A stretch of DNA of 64,000 nt from an uncultured Holophagales bacterium (GTDB lineage: Bacteria > Acidobacteriota > Thermoanaerobaculia > Multivoradales > UBA5704), in assembly GCA_963842525.1 (NCBI GenBank), contig CAWJGT010000003.1, forward strand, positions 1,376,001-1,440,000, in the 5' to 3' direction. The position numbers and the translations under genes were made by a program. The notes beneath the pieces are model-generated. The model was not told the origin of the DNA and searched no databases. It saw nothing but the letters and a program-made list of their open reading frames with translations. How positions within the stretch are numbered: position 1 is the stretch's first letter; each line of letters opens with the position of its first letter. Below are positions 51,901-64,000 of this stretch, piece by piece.

Positions 51901-54900
51901 TGCAGGTAGGCCGCCAGCGCCCTCTTCCGTGCCCTCCCGAGCAGCTCGTGGAACGACGGGCCGCCGGCCCTGTCTCCAGCCCTGCCTCCAGGCAGGTTTC
52001 CACTCAAATCGCCGCGCAGCACCAGCATATTGACGAAGAACCCGATCAGCCCCTCGATCTCCGCCCGGTTGCGGCCGGCGACGGGCGAGCCCACGGCGAG
52101 ATCGTCCTGTCCGCTGATGCGCGCCAGGAGGGCCTGGAAGCCAGCCAGGAGCACCATGAAAAGTGTCGCTCCCTCGCGCCGGGCGAGAGCCGCCATCTGC
52201 TGGGTGAGGCCGGCCGGCAGCCGCACCGGCCAGGAGGCGCCACGTGAGCTCCGCCGGGCAGGCCGCGGCCGGTCGGTCGGCAAGTCCAGCAGCGGCGGCA
52301 GCCCTGCAAGCTCCTGGCGCCAGAACGAAATCTCCTGCTCCAGGACCTCGCCGTACAGCCAGGAACGCTGCCAGACCGCGAAATCCGAGTATTGCACCGC
52401 CAGCTCGGGCAAGGGTGACGGCTGGCCGGCGGCGAAGGCCGGATAGAGCACCCTGACCTCGCGCACCAGGACACCCATGGACCAGCCGTCGCTCGCGATG
52501 TGGTGCATGGTCAGCGCGACGACGTGGTCGCTCGCTGAGAGGCGCAGCAACACGCCGCGCAGCAATGGACCGCGCGCGAGATCGAACGGCCGGCCGGCCT
52601 CGTCTGCGGCCAGGGTGAGCGCCTCCGCCTCGCGCTTTCCCTGGGGCAGGCCTGACAGATCCACCACGGGCACCGGGAACGGCGCGGCCGGCTGGATCAC
52701 CTGGACCGGCGAGCCGTCCAAGCCCTCCAACACTGAGAAGACCGTGCGCAGCGCCTCGTGGCGGTGCACGATCTCGCTGAGAGCGCCCGCCAGCACGCCG
52801 GGGTCGAGCGGCCCTTCGACCCGTAGGGCCACCGGCAGGTTGTACAGCGGGCTGTCCGGATCGAGCTGATCGATGAACCAGAGGCGCTGCTGGGCGAAGG
52901 AGAGGGGCCGCGGCTCCTCCGATCCGCCGGCCCGCGGGATGATCGCAGACGGCGCAGACGGCGCAGACGGCGCCGGACGCTCATAGCCGAGGCGTGCGGC
53001 CATCTCCCAGGTCGGCTCACCGAGGGAGTCTGACTGCGCCTCCCGGGAGCGCTCGGCAACCCCCGCCTCGACGCCTTTGTATTGGAGAAACTTCACATCC
53101 CCGAGCATCTTTCCCTCGGCGTGGATGCCATCCGTCATCCGCGCCCGTCCCTCCTGATAGGGATTGACCATGGCGGGGTCGAGCTCGAGCCCCAAGGCGT
53201 CGCAGAGTTTCCGCAGCTCGGCTTCAGGGTGGCGCACCAGGTCCTCGAAACGGATGGGGATCTGGCGTTCCGCCGGCACATCGGCAAGATGCTCCAGGAT
53301 ATTCGCGTGGCTCGCCTGCCAGATCAGCTCGGCCAGCTCGGCCCGTTCGAACGTGTGGGGGTGACGGAAGAACAGCTCGTCGAGCTTGATCTCGTCGAAC
53401 GAGCGGATCGAGGCGTAGGGATGGCGCAGGAGATGAATATAGAAAGGTTTTTCAAACGCTTGCTCGGCCCGCCTCAGGACGGCCAGGTCGAGCGCATAGG
53501 TGGTCGTCTTATCGACCAGGGTCCGGCCGCCCAGCCACTCCTGGAGCTGGCGGTAGAAGCGCTGCGTCGTCCAGCCTTCCTCAACGGCGGCACCGACGAT
53601 CTGCCGCGCCTCCTCGACGCCGCACTGGCGCACCTCCATCACAGCGCGGATCAGACCCTCCAGCCAGAAGCTGTCGCGGCCCGGGAACGCGGCCTCGCGG
53701 TCGGCCATGGTGTTGAACGAGAGCAGCTCGAGCTCCGGGGGCGCGAAAAGCTGCGGATGGCCACCGAGCATGACGCGCAGGAGCGTCGAGCCCGCTCGCG
53801 GCGGGGAGAGGATGAAGATCGCGGGCGGGTTCTTCTCCGCCGCCAGATCCTTGGACTCCGGCAAGGGGGGGATCACCGAGCGGAAGGCGGCGATCCGGGC
53901 CAGGTCGACGCGGCCGGCCGCCGCTCGCGGCGCGCGCGCCACCTCCGCGCCGAGCGACACCTCGCCCCAGAGGCGGACGACGGTCTCCCGCTGCTCGCGC
54001 GCCAGGTAGGCTGCCATCTTCGCCACCGTGGGGGCGTCGAAGAGGACGACGACGTGGATGACCCCGCTCATCTCCCGTTGCAGCCGGTTCATCAGGATCG
54101 CGCCGGTGATCGAGTTGCCGCCGAGATCGAAAAAGGAGTCGTGGATGCCCACGCTCTCCAGGGCGAGCGCCTGGCACCAGAGGCCGGCCAGATACTCTTC
54201 GAGCGGCGTCCGCGGCGCGGCGGCCTCCGCCCCAGCGGCGGGCGCCTCCGGATCGGGCAGCGCCCGGCGGTCGACCTTGCCGTTCGCGGTGCGGGGGAAG
54301 GTCGCGACGGGCACGAAGACCGCCGGGATCATGTAGCTCGGCAGGCGGTCCTGGAGGTGGCTCCGCAGGCTGGCGACGAGGTCCGGGTCCGCTTTGCCGG
54401 CGGTCACCCAGGCGACCAGGCGCTGCGCGGTCCCCGCGCCGCGCAGGTCCACCACCGCCTCCTGGACGGCGGGATGCTCGGCGAGGACCACCTCGATCTC
54501 CCCGAGCTCGATGCGGAAGCCCCGCACCTTGACCTGATGATCGATCCGGCCGAGGAACTCGAGCGCGCCCTCCGTCCGCCAGCGCGCCAGGTCGCCGGTC
54601 CGATAGAGCCGCGCGCCCGCGGCGGCTCCCCCCTCTGTTTCAGACACCGGGTTCGGCACGAACGCCAGGGCGGTGCGCGCCGGATCGCCGAAATAGCCGC
54701 GCCCCACACCCTCGCCCCCGATGCACAGCTCGCCCGGTACGTCCAGGGGTTGCGGCTGGAGGTCCCGGTCCAGGACGTAGAGCTGCATGTTGGCCACCGG
54801 ACGGCCGATCGCCGGGCGCCAGGCCGGGTCGGCCGGCACTTCCCGGATCGGACTGAAGCTGACGTCGTCGGAGCACTCGGTGGGGCCATAGGCGTTGAGC

Positions 54901-57900
54901 AGCGGAATGCCGGGATGACGGGCGAGCCAGCGCCGGCAGAGCTCCGGCGGCAGGGCCTCGCCGGTGGGGATCAGCCAGCGCAGGCGCGACAGGTCGTGAA
55001 CGCTCCCCTCCTCGCCCCCGTCCATGATCTCCAGCATCGCCACCAGCAGCGAGGGGACCAGCTCTAGCACCGTCACTCCGTCGCGCACCACCGCGGCGAG
55101 CAGCGCCGCCGGATCGTGGGCGACCGCGTCCGGGTAGATGGCGACGCGGCCTCCAACAGCCAGGGCTGACAGCATCTGCCAGACGGAGATGTCGGAGCTC
55201 TGGGCGGCGTTCTGCGCCACCGTGTCCGCGTTCGTGAGGCCGAACACCTCCAGAGTGATCAGCGTGTGGTTGGTGAGGCCCCGGTGGGGGATCATCGCGC
55301 CCTTGGGCAGCCCGGTCGAGCCGGAGGTGTAGAGGACGTAGGCGAGATGGTCGAGCCCGGCTCGCACCGGCTGTGGCGCCGCCTCGCCGTCCAGGCATAC
55401 CAGGTCCTCCAGCTCCAGAATCTTGAGGAACGGCGGCGCGTCCGGCTCCGCCGCGAGCAGTTGCGGACCCAGGCCACCGCCCGAGAGAAGCAGGCGGGAC
55501 CCGCTCTGGCGCAGCACTCCCAGGGCCCGCGCGGCAGGGTGCTGGGGATCGAGCGGAAGATAGGCGCCGCCGGCCTCGAGAACCGCGAGAACCGCGGTCA
55601 CGAAACCCAGGCCGCGCGGGGACAGGATCGGCACCACCGATTCGGGTCCCACACCGTGGCCGACCAGCACCGCCGCCCAGCGGTGGGTGCGGCGCAGGAG
55701 CTCGCGGTAGGTCAGGCGCTCATCGCCGTAGACGGCGGCCACTGCTTCCGGCGTCCTCTCCGCCTGTGCCGCAAACAGATCCTGAAGGCAGACGGCGGGG
55801 GCGACGAATTGCGAGTCGTTCCACTCGCAGAGGGTCTGGTGGCGCTCGGCCGCGCCGAGGAGGAGCAGAGCGGAGAGATTCCTCCCGGGATCGGCCAGCG
55901 CCGCCGCGAGCAGGGCCGCGAAGCAATCGCACAGGCGGGCGATGCGCGTGCCGTCGAAAAGATCGCTGTTGTATCGCCACTGGCAGGACAGCCCCCCGTC
56001 GGCCTCGGTGGCGTTGAGTACCAGATCGAACTTGGCTGTGGCGGAGCCAGACTCCATCGGCCGGAGGCGCAGGCCGGGCAGCTCCAACACCCCCATAGGG
56101 GCGTTCTGGAGCACGAACAGGACCTGGAAGACCGGGGAATGGCTGAGGTCGCGCTCCGGGGACAGGTCGTCCACCAGCTTCTCGAACGGGAGATCCTGGT
56201 GGGCGTAGGCGCCCAGGGTGACCTCCCGAGTCCGCCCCACCAGCTCGCGGAAGGACGGATCGCCGGAGAGATCGGCGCGCAGCGCCAGGGTGTTCAGGAA
56301 CAGGCCGATCAGCGGCTCGGTCTCGGCGCGGTTGCGGCCGGCGATCGGCGAGCCGACGACCAGGTCGAGCTGGCCGCTCAACCGGGAGAGCAGGGCCGAG
56401 AGGGCGGCGAGCAGAATCATGAACGGCGTCGCGGCGGTCTCCCTCCCCAGCTCCGCGGCGCCCTGGAGTGGCAACTGTTGGAGCTGCGACCGGCCGCGAT
56501 AGCGCTGCACCGCCGGGCGCGGCCGGTCGGCAGGCAGCGCGAGGAACGGCGGTGCTCCGGCGAGGCTCTCGCGCCACCAGCCGAGCTGGGCCGCGAGGGT
56601 TTCGCCCTGAAGCCGCTGCCGTTGCCACACCGCAAAGTCCGCATACTGCACCGGCAGCTCCGGCAGCGGGGAGGGCTGGCCGGCGGTGAAGGCGGCGTAA
56701 AGTGCCGCCACCTCGCGCACCAGGATGCCCATGGACCATCCGTCGCTCGCAATGTGGTGCACGGTCAGCGCAACCACCTGATCGCGGTCTGCCAAGCGCA
56801 ACATCACGCCGCGCAGCAGGGGCCCGCGCGCGAGATCGAACGGTCGGGAAGCCTCTTCGGCCGCCAGCGCGGAGGCCAGAGACTCGCGCTCCGGAACCGG
56901 CAGTCCCGACAGATCCACCACCGCCAGCGCGAACGGCACCGCCGGCTGGATCACCTGCACCGGCGCGCTCTCCTGCACGGCAAAGACCGTCCTCAACGCC
57001 TCGTGACGGCGCACGATCTCGCCGAGGCAGAGAGCCAGCGCCGCAGAGACGAGCGGCCCTTCGACACGCAGCAACAGCGGCATGTTGTAGAGCGGGCTTC
57101 CCGGCTCAAGCTGATCGAGGAACCAGAGCCGCTGCTGGGAGAAGGACAGAGGCAGGGGTTTCTCCCGGGGCACCCGGACGAGCGGCGGCACGGACACCGG
57201 TTTGGCTGTTTGCAGCGCGGCCTCGACGCGGGCGGCGAGGTCCGCCAGCCGCGGTGCTTCGAAAAGGACACGCACCGGCAGCTCGACGCCCAGAGCACTG
57301 CGGAGACGGGATATCACCTGGGTCGCCAGCAGGGAGTGGCCCCCCAGGTCGAAGAAGTTGTCATTGGCTCCGGCCTCCCGTTCGAGGCCCAGCAGATCGC
57401 CCCAGGTGGCGGCGAGGATCTGTTCGACCTCGGTGCTCAGAGGCACCGCGTCGCCCACCGGCTCGGAGCGCAGCGTTTCCGGTGCGGGAAGAGCAGCGCG
57501 GTCCACCTTGCCATGAACGGTCAGAGGCAGGCGGTCCAGGAGCACGACGGCCGAGGGGATCATGTACTCCGGAAGCTCGCCTTGCAGGAAGCGGCGCAGC
57601 TCCGGCACCAGGCGCCGCGCCACCTTGTGGCGCAACGGATCGTTGGCGTAGGCGTGCGCCGGCAACCCCGCGCGCTGCCTCGGTGGCGAGGGCACCGCCA
57701 CCCCATCGGCACCGAGCCGCAGCACTGCGGCAAAGCGGTATGGATCCCTGGGATCCCAGGTCAGGCCGACCGAATAGCCGAGCTGCTCGCCGAGCTGCCA
57801 CAGCTCCTCGGGATCGATCGCTTCCGCGGAGGCCGCGCGTTCCGCGATCACCTGCCGCAGCTCCCCCACCGTCCCCCCCTCGGATCCGACCCCCTGGTCG

Positions 57901-60900
57901 AGCCCCGCCAGGAGCGTCACCGCCGCCGCTTCGACGGCGAGCCGACGGTTGGGGATCGCCGTCAAGGCCAGCGTCCGCGGACCAGCCTCCAGCCGCTCGG
58001 CCAGCTCGGAGAGCGACAGGTTTTGTGCCTGCCAATCGAGCCAGTCGAGAGCGTCGTCCGGCTCTTGCAGCGCGCCGACATGGAGCACGGCGTCATAGCG
58101 GAAACGGCTCAGCTCGTTGTGATACCGGCCGCGCTTTACCAGGATCTCGACGTGCCGGATCTCCGGCAATCGCCGCGCCAGGGCGAAGAAGAAGCCGGGG
58201 TCGACCAGCAACTCCTCCTCGGTCGCCAGACGCCGAAGAATGCGCTGCCGGAGATCCGCCACCGGGAGATCGTCCGCCGAACGGTACAGCTCGACCGAGG
58301 TCTGGAGCGATTCGAGGAGTGGCAGGCTGCGCAGGTCGCCAAGGAAGACCCGGCCGCCGTGAGCCACGCTCGCGACCGCCCCTTCGACGACACGGATGAG
58401 ATAGTCGATCCCGGGGAAATACTGCGTCACCGAGTTGAGGACGACTGTGTCGAAGTCCCCCGCGGCCACACCGCTCCAGTCGTCTGCCGTCCGGCATTCG
58501 AGGGAGACGCCCGGCAGACCGCCTGTCCGCTCGATCTGTCGGCGGATTCCTTCCAGGGCGACAGACGAAAAGTCGGTGCCTTGATAGATCTCTGCGTGCG
58601 GCGCCACCCGGAACAGCAGCAGGCCGGTACCACAGCCGACCTCCAGTATCCGGCGTCCGCCGAGAGCGAGCACTCGTTCTACCGTCCGGTCCACCCACTC
58701 ACGCATCTCCTCGGCAGGGATCGGAGCGTCCGTGTAGCTGCTGTTCCACCCTTCGACGTTGAAGGTGGCGTCGACCTCGATCCCAGTGGGTTCTGAGGCG
58801 CCGTAGGTCTCGTCGTAGAGAACCTGCCAGGCGGCGATATGCTCCGCATCGGCGGCTGCCTCCGACAGCATGCAGCGCACCACGTAGGCCACCAGACGCT
58901 TGCCCGACGGATCGTCCTGCACGGCGGCCACCGCCTCGCGCACTTCCGGATGGCGGCCGAGGGAGCTCTCCACCTCCCCCAGCTCGATGCGGAATCCGCG
59001 CACCTTGACCTGGTGGTCGAGACGGCCGAGAAACTCGATGTTGCCGTCGGCCAGGCGCCGCACGCGGTCACCGCTGCGGTAGAACCGCTCACCGCCGCAG
59101 AGGACGTACTTCTCCGCGGTCAGCTCGGCGCGGCCGAGATAGCCGCGCGTGACGCCCCGGCCGCCGATCCACAGCTCGCCCGGCACGCCGATGGGCAGCA
59201 GCTCTCCGTCCGCGCCGCGACCGTTCCGAACATCGAGCACGGCGCCAGCCAAGGGCCGGCCGAGCAGCGGCCTCGCCGGTTCGGGAGGCGGCGGCACCGG
59301 GTGCGCGGTGCACAGGATGGTCCCTTCGGTCGGCCCGTAGAGCACCCAGACTCGCGCGGCTGGGAAGGTCTCTCGCAGATCCTCCAACAGCTCGCCAGGA
59401 ACGGCGTCGCCGCCGACGAACACCGCGCGCAGTCTTTGGATATCAGCGCCCCGCCGGCGAATCGCGTCGACGACCTGCCGCATCAACGCCGGCACGGCGT
59501 GCAGACAGGTCATCTCCCCGAGACGGTCAGCCAATCCCTCCACATCCAACGTCGGCCGCAGCGGGAAGAGCACCGCCGTGCCGCCGCTGAGCAACGGCGA
59601 CAGCAGCTCGAAGAGGAAGATGTCGAACGTCGAACTCGCCAGGCAGGGCATGCGGTCGCCTGTTCCAAAACCGAACAAGGCCCGGGTGGCGGCGAGGGTG
59701 GCCGCGAGCATGCCGTGCTCCACCTGCACCGCCTTGGGCCGGCCCGTCGTGCCGGAGGTGTAGATCAGATAGGCGAGGCTGTCCGCGGCAGGCAGGCCGA
59801 GAGGCTCGTCCCCGTCGCCCTCCAGCTCTTCCAAGAGAAGAATTTCTCCACCGTACGGCGGGAGGCTCGGGAGAAGGTGCCGCTGAGTGACCAGCAGCAG
59901 GACCGCCGCATCCTCCAGCAGGAAAGCGACGCGCGCCCGGGGATGCGCGGGATCCAGGGAGAGCCAGGCGCAACCGGACTTGAGGATGGCCAGCACCCCT
60001 ACCACCAGGTCCGGGGTGCGTTCGACGCAAAGCCCCACTACCACTCCCGGTCCGGCTCCCAGCGCGCGCAGGCTCCGGGCCAGCCGGTCCGACCGGCGGT
60101 CGAGCGCGCGGTAGGTGAGGCTCGCCTGCTCGTCCCCGGCAAGAGCCACCGCCACAGCCTCGGGGGCGCGGCGCGCCTGCGCCGCGAACAGCTCGATGAC
60201 ACCCGGTGCGGCCGGAACGGGCGTGTCGTTCCACTCGGCACGGAGCTGGTGGCGCTCGCCGTCCGACAACAGCGGAAGATCCTGGAGGACCCGGCCAGGA
60301 TCGGCCGCACCCGCCGCGAGGAGCGTCGTCAGATGGCCGGCGAGACGCAGGATCGTGGCGGCATCGAAAAGATCGGCCGTGAAATCGAGCCGGCCTCCCA
60401 GCTCTCCGTCGGCCTCCGTGAAGGTCAACCCCAGCTCGAATTTCGCCGTCCCCGCATCCCGCAAGGAAGAGGTGATCGACAGGCCTTCCAGGTCGACCCT
60501 TTCGTACGGAAAGTTCTGCAGCGCGAACATCACCTGGAACAGGGGCGTGTGTGCGAGGCTCCTCTCCGGGGCGAGATCCTCGACCAGCCTTTCAAACGGC
60601 ACGTCCTGGTGCATGTAGGCCGCCAGCGCCGTCTCGCGCACCCGGCCGAGCAGCTCCCGGAACGACAGCTTTCCTGTCACTTGACCGCGCAGCACCAGAG
60701 TGTTGACGAAGAACCCGATCAGTCCTTCGATCTCCACGCGGTTGCGCCCCGCCACCGGCGAGCCGATCGCGAAATCGTCCTGGCCGCTCACGCGCGCCAG
60801 GAGAGCCTGGAAGCCGGCCAGGAGCACCATGAACAGCGTCGCTCCCTCGCGCCGGGCGAGAGTTTCCAGAGTCCGCGTGAGCCCGGCCGGAACCCACACA

Positions 60901-63900
60901 GGGCAGGTGCCGCCGCGGAAGCTCTGCACCGCGGGACGCGGACGGTCGATGGGCAGCTCCAGCACCGGCGGCAGGCCCGCGAGCTGCCGGCGCCAGAAGC
61001 CGATCTCCTCCTCCAGAACCTCGCCATGCAACCAGGAGCTTTGCCACAGAGCAAAATCCGCATACTGCACGGACAGCTCCGGGAGCGGCGACGGCACATT
61101 CTGGGCGAACGCTGCATAGAGCGTCGTGGCCTCGCGCACCAGGATACCCAGCGACCAGCCGTCGCTCGCGATGTGGTGCATCGTGAGCGCCGCCACGTGC
61201 TCCGCTTTTTTCCCAGAGCCATCGAGCCGCAGCAGCACGCCGCGCAGCAGCAGATCGCGCTTGAGATCGAACGCGCGGCCGGCCTCGTCTCCCACCAGAA
61301 CGGGAACCAGTTTTTCGCGTACGGCTTCCGGCAATCCCGACAGGTCGACCACGGGCAGCGCGAACGGCGCCGCTGGTTGGATCACCTGCACCGGCGCGCC
61401 TTCCAGGCCCTCTGACACCGCAAAAACCGTCCGCAACGCCTCGTGGCGGCGCACGACCTCACCGAGGCAGAGCGCCAGCACGCCACGATCCAGTGGCCCC
61501 TCGACGCGGAGCGCGATGGGGATGTTGTAGAGCGGGCTGCCCGGTTCGAGCTGATCGATGAACCAGAGACGCCGCTGGGCGAACGACAGCGGCAAGGGCT
61601 CTTCCCGGGGGAACGGAAGCAGGGGCGGAGCGATCGCCGTGGTACCGGCCCGCATCGCCTCGACCCGGGCGGCGAGGTCCGCCAGCCGCGGAGCTGTGAA
61701 GAGATCGCGCAGAGGCAACTCGACGCCGAAGGCGCTGCGCAGCCGCGACACCACCCGGGTGGCCAGCAGGGAGTGCCCTCCCAGATCGAAGAAGCTGTCC
61801 GTCGCTCCGACCTGTTCGCGACCGAGCAGCTCGCCCCAGATGCCGGCAACGACCTCCTCGACCGGCGTCCGCGGCGCGACGAACGCTTCGTCAGAGCTTC
61901 TGCCACTCCGGAGCCGGCAACGCCTTCCGGTCCACCTTGCGGTTGGGCGTCAACGGCAGCTCGGCGAGAAGCGTGAAGGTGGCCGGCACCATGAACTCCG
62001 GTAACCGCTCGCGCAGGAAGGAGCGCACCTCAGGCACCGCCAAGGTGATCCCGGCGGCCGGCACCAGGTAGGCCGCCAGGAAGCTTTCCGGTCTCACCAC
62101 GACGACCGCCTCGCGGACCCCCGGGAAGCCGCCGAGCACCGACTCGATCTCCCCCAGCTCGATGCGGAAGCCGCGGATCTTCACCTGCGTATCGGCCCGC
62201 CCGGCGAACACCGCTTCGCCGTTCGGCAGATAGCGTCCGAGGTCGCCCGTCCGATAGAGATCGGCTGCGAAGCGCTGAGAGGTGAGCTGCGGATCGCCCA
62301 GATATCCAAGGGCGATGTGCGGGCTCCGCACCGAAACCTCGCCCATCTCGCCGATGCCGGCCAGCCCGCCGCCCGGGTTGAGCACCAGGAGCTGGACGTC
62401 CGGAATACCGCGGCCGAGCGGCAGGATCTCCCGCGGCTCGCGGTCGTCGGCAACGTGGTAGCCGACGGCGCGTTGCGTCTCGGTGGAACCGTAGTAGTTC
62501 ACGCAGGTGACGTTCGGGGCCAGCGAGCGCAGCCGCGCCACGTCACGGCGGGTGAGGACATCCCCCACCAGGAACGCATAGCGCAGTGACGGGACCTCAA
62601 GGCTGAGGACACCGAGATCACCCGGCGCTTCGGTGGTCAGCACCTGACCCAGAGCGGGCGTGAGATGGGTGATCGTCACCGCCGCACGGCGCATCCAGGC
62701 GGCGAGCGCGCCCGGATCGTCCATCGTTTTCGGATCGGGGATCACCACCGCAGCGCCGAGCTGTAACGGAGTGAACAGGTCGCGGTGCAGCGGATCGTGC
62801 GCCAGGCCCGACAGCATGCTGAAACGGTCGGCGGCCGACAGATCAAAGCGCTGGCGCAGCCACGGGATGAAATGCGACAGCGAGCCGTGGCGGCCGAGCA
62901 CCCCCTTCGGCACGCCCGTCGAGCCGGAGGTGAACGCCACATACGCGGTGTCGTCCGGTCCGATCTCCACGGGCGCAGGAGCTGCCGGGAAAGCCGAAAG
63001 GACATCCATTTCCCCGGCATTGTCAGCCTTCGCCGGCAGGGTCAGGCGGCAGGAGCAACTGAGAGCGTCGAGAGCGCCGTCGATCTCCACCGGGACCGGA
63101 CCGGCCGCCGCGACGCGGAGCCAGGCGGCTGGCCGCGCGATCTCCAGCATCTGGGCCTGGCGCGCCGCCGGATAACGAGGATCGAGCATCAGGAAGGTGG
63201 CCCCTGCCTTGAGAGCTCCCAGCACGCCCCAGACCAAAGGCGCGCTGCGGTGAGCCCAGAAGGCCACCACGTCCCCGCGCCGCACGCCACCCGCCTGGAG
63301 GAACGCGGCGAGCCCGTCGGAGCGCTCGTCGAGCTCGCCGTAATTCCAGGACTCCGCCGGATCCGCCGCCGCGAGCGCCCCGGGGTCTCGTCGGGCATGG
63401 CGGGCGAAGATCTCGTGGACCGCGCCCTCCCAGGCTGCCGACAGCTCCGCGGCCGGATCGGGCAGCAGCTCACGCGACGCGGCGGTGACCAGTGCGTGCC
63501 GCCCCACCGGCTCCTCCGGCCGCTCCAGCGCCTGCTCCAGGAACAGCGCGAGCTGGTCGAGCAGGTCCTCCATCCGCGCCGCGTCGAACAGGTCGGCGTT
63601 ATAGACCAGGTTCACCTGGACTCCGCCGTCTCCTTCGCTCAGATAGAGCGTCATGTCGAGCTTGGAGAGAGGCGCCGACGGCGCCATCCCCGCCCCGTCC
63701 AGCTCCAGGCCAGGGAGGCGCATCGCGGCGGTCGGTACGTTGACCAGGTTGACCATCACCTGGAAAAGCGGCGTCCGTGAAAGGTCGCGCTGCACGGGGA
63801 GGGCCGCGAGGACCGCTTCGAAAGGCACGTCCTGATGAGAATAGGCACCGAGGGTGACCTCCCGCACCTGCTCCACCAGACTGCGGAAGCCAGGCTGGCC

Positions 63901-64000
63901 GCCGAAGCCGGTGCGCAGGACGAGCGTATTCAGGAAGCAGCCGATCAGCTCCTCGGTCTCTACCGCGCGACGACCGGCCACCGGCGCGCCCACCAGGATG
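48933..64000 (-). CDS. Multimodular NRPS, 5'-partial: [C]-A-T-C-A(MT)-T-C-A-T-ST-C-A-T-TE; frameshift near 61899
   Basis: Three complete HHIASDGWS C domains, four A domains (T/YTSGS/TTG.PK, YG.TE), four FFDLGG(H/N)S carriers, MT (LEVGCGTG), sulfotransferase (SPPRAGST) and TE (GWSSG). ORFs 61891..63993 and 48933..61754 join by removing one A in the A-T linker. Confidence 0.95.

Noticed and set aside
52945-52980. 9-bp tandem repeat (APSAPSAPSA)
   Set aside because: Ordinary low-complexity interdomain linker.
52980-53830. CurM-type ST-TE terminal olefin formation
   Set aside because: The ST is followed by a full C-A-T module, not a TE, and no beta-hydroxyacyl-forming PKS module precedes it.
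48933-55330. Classical monobactam (sulfazecin-type) synthetase
   Set aside because: The diamino-acid module is not terminal, and the TE nucleophile is Ser (GWSSG) rather than the Cys of the sulfazecin TE.
50844-61415. Long plus-strand ORFs (e.g. 53082..55067, 55266..58796, 58839..61415)
   Set aside because: Antisense shadows of the GC-rich NRPS with no recognisable motifs.
61890-61910. Programmed frameshift or split NRPS genes
   Set aside because: No slippery sequence. Removing one A restores a normal A-T linker, and similar indels are common in this window.

Overview
GC-rich bacterial chromosome segment, probably Acidobacteriota (Thermoanaerobaculia-like, inferred from a secreted protein with the 'FHTVTPCRILDTR...HLIVDVNGYFQ' C-terminal domain). 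Housekeeping genes (galE-like epimerase, map, aroC, RNase II/R, RND pump, aspS, aroB, ftsY, ribD) are interleaved with accessory loci: a duplicated ECF-promoter/TonB/terminator unit, two NLR-like STAND proteins (TIR-NACHT-FGE and CHAT-STAND-TPR), an orphan full-length LanB dehydratase, several toxin-antitoxin remnants, REP-like hairpins and 21-bp-periodic arrays. The right ~21 kb is the 3' end of a biosynthetic cluster: a giant NRPS with an embedded methyltransferase and an internal sulfotransferase right after a diamino-acid module, followed by a methyltransferase, an inactive KS fragment fused to a carrier protein, an Ntn-acylase, and a convergent AT-less ketosynthase. Many genes, including aspS and aroC, carry single-base frameshifts, which most likely reflect long-read sequencing errors. 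No tRNA, rRNA, CRISPR array or intact transposase was recognised.
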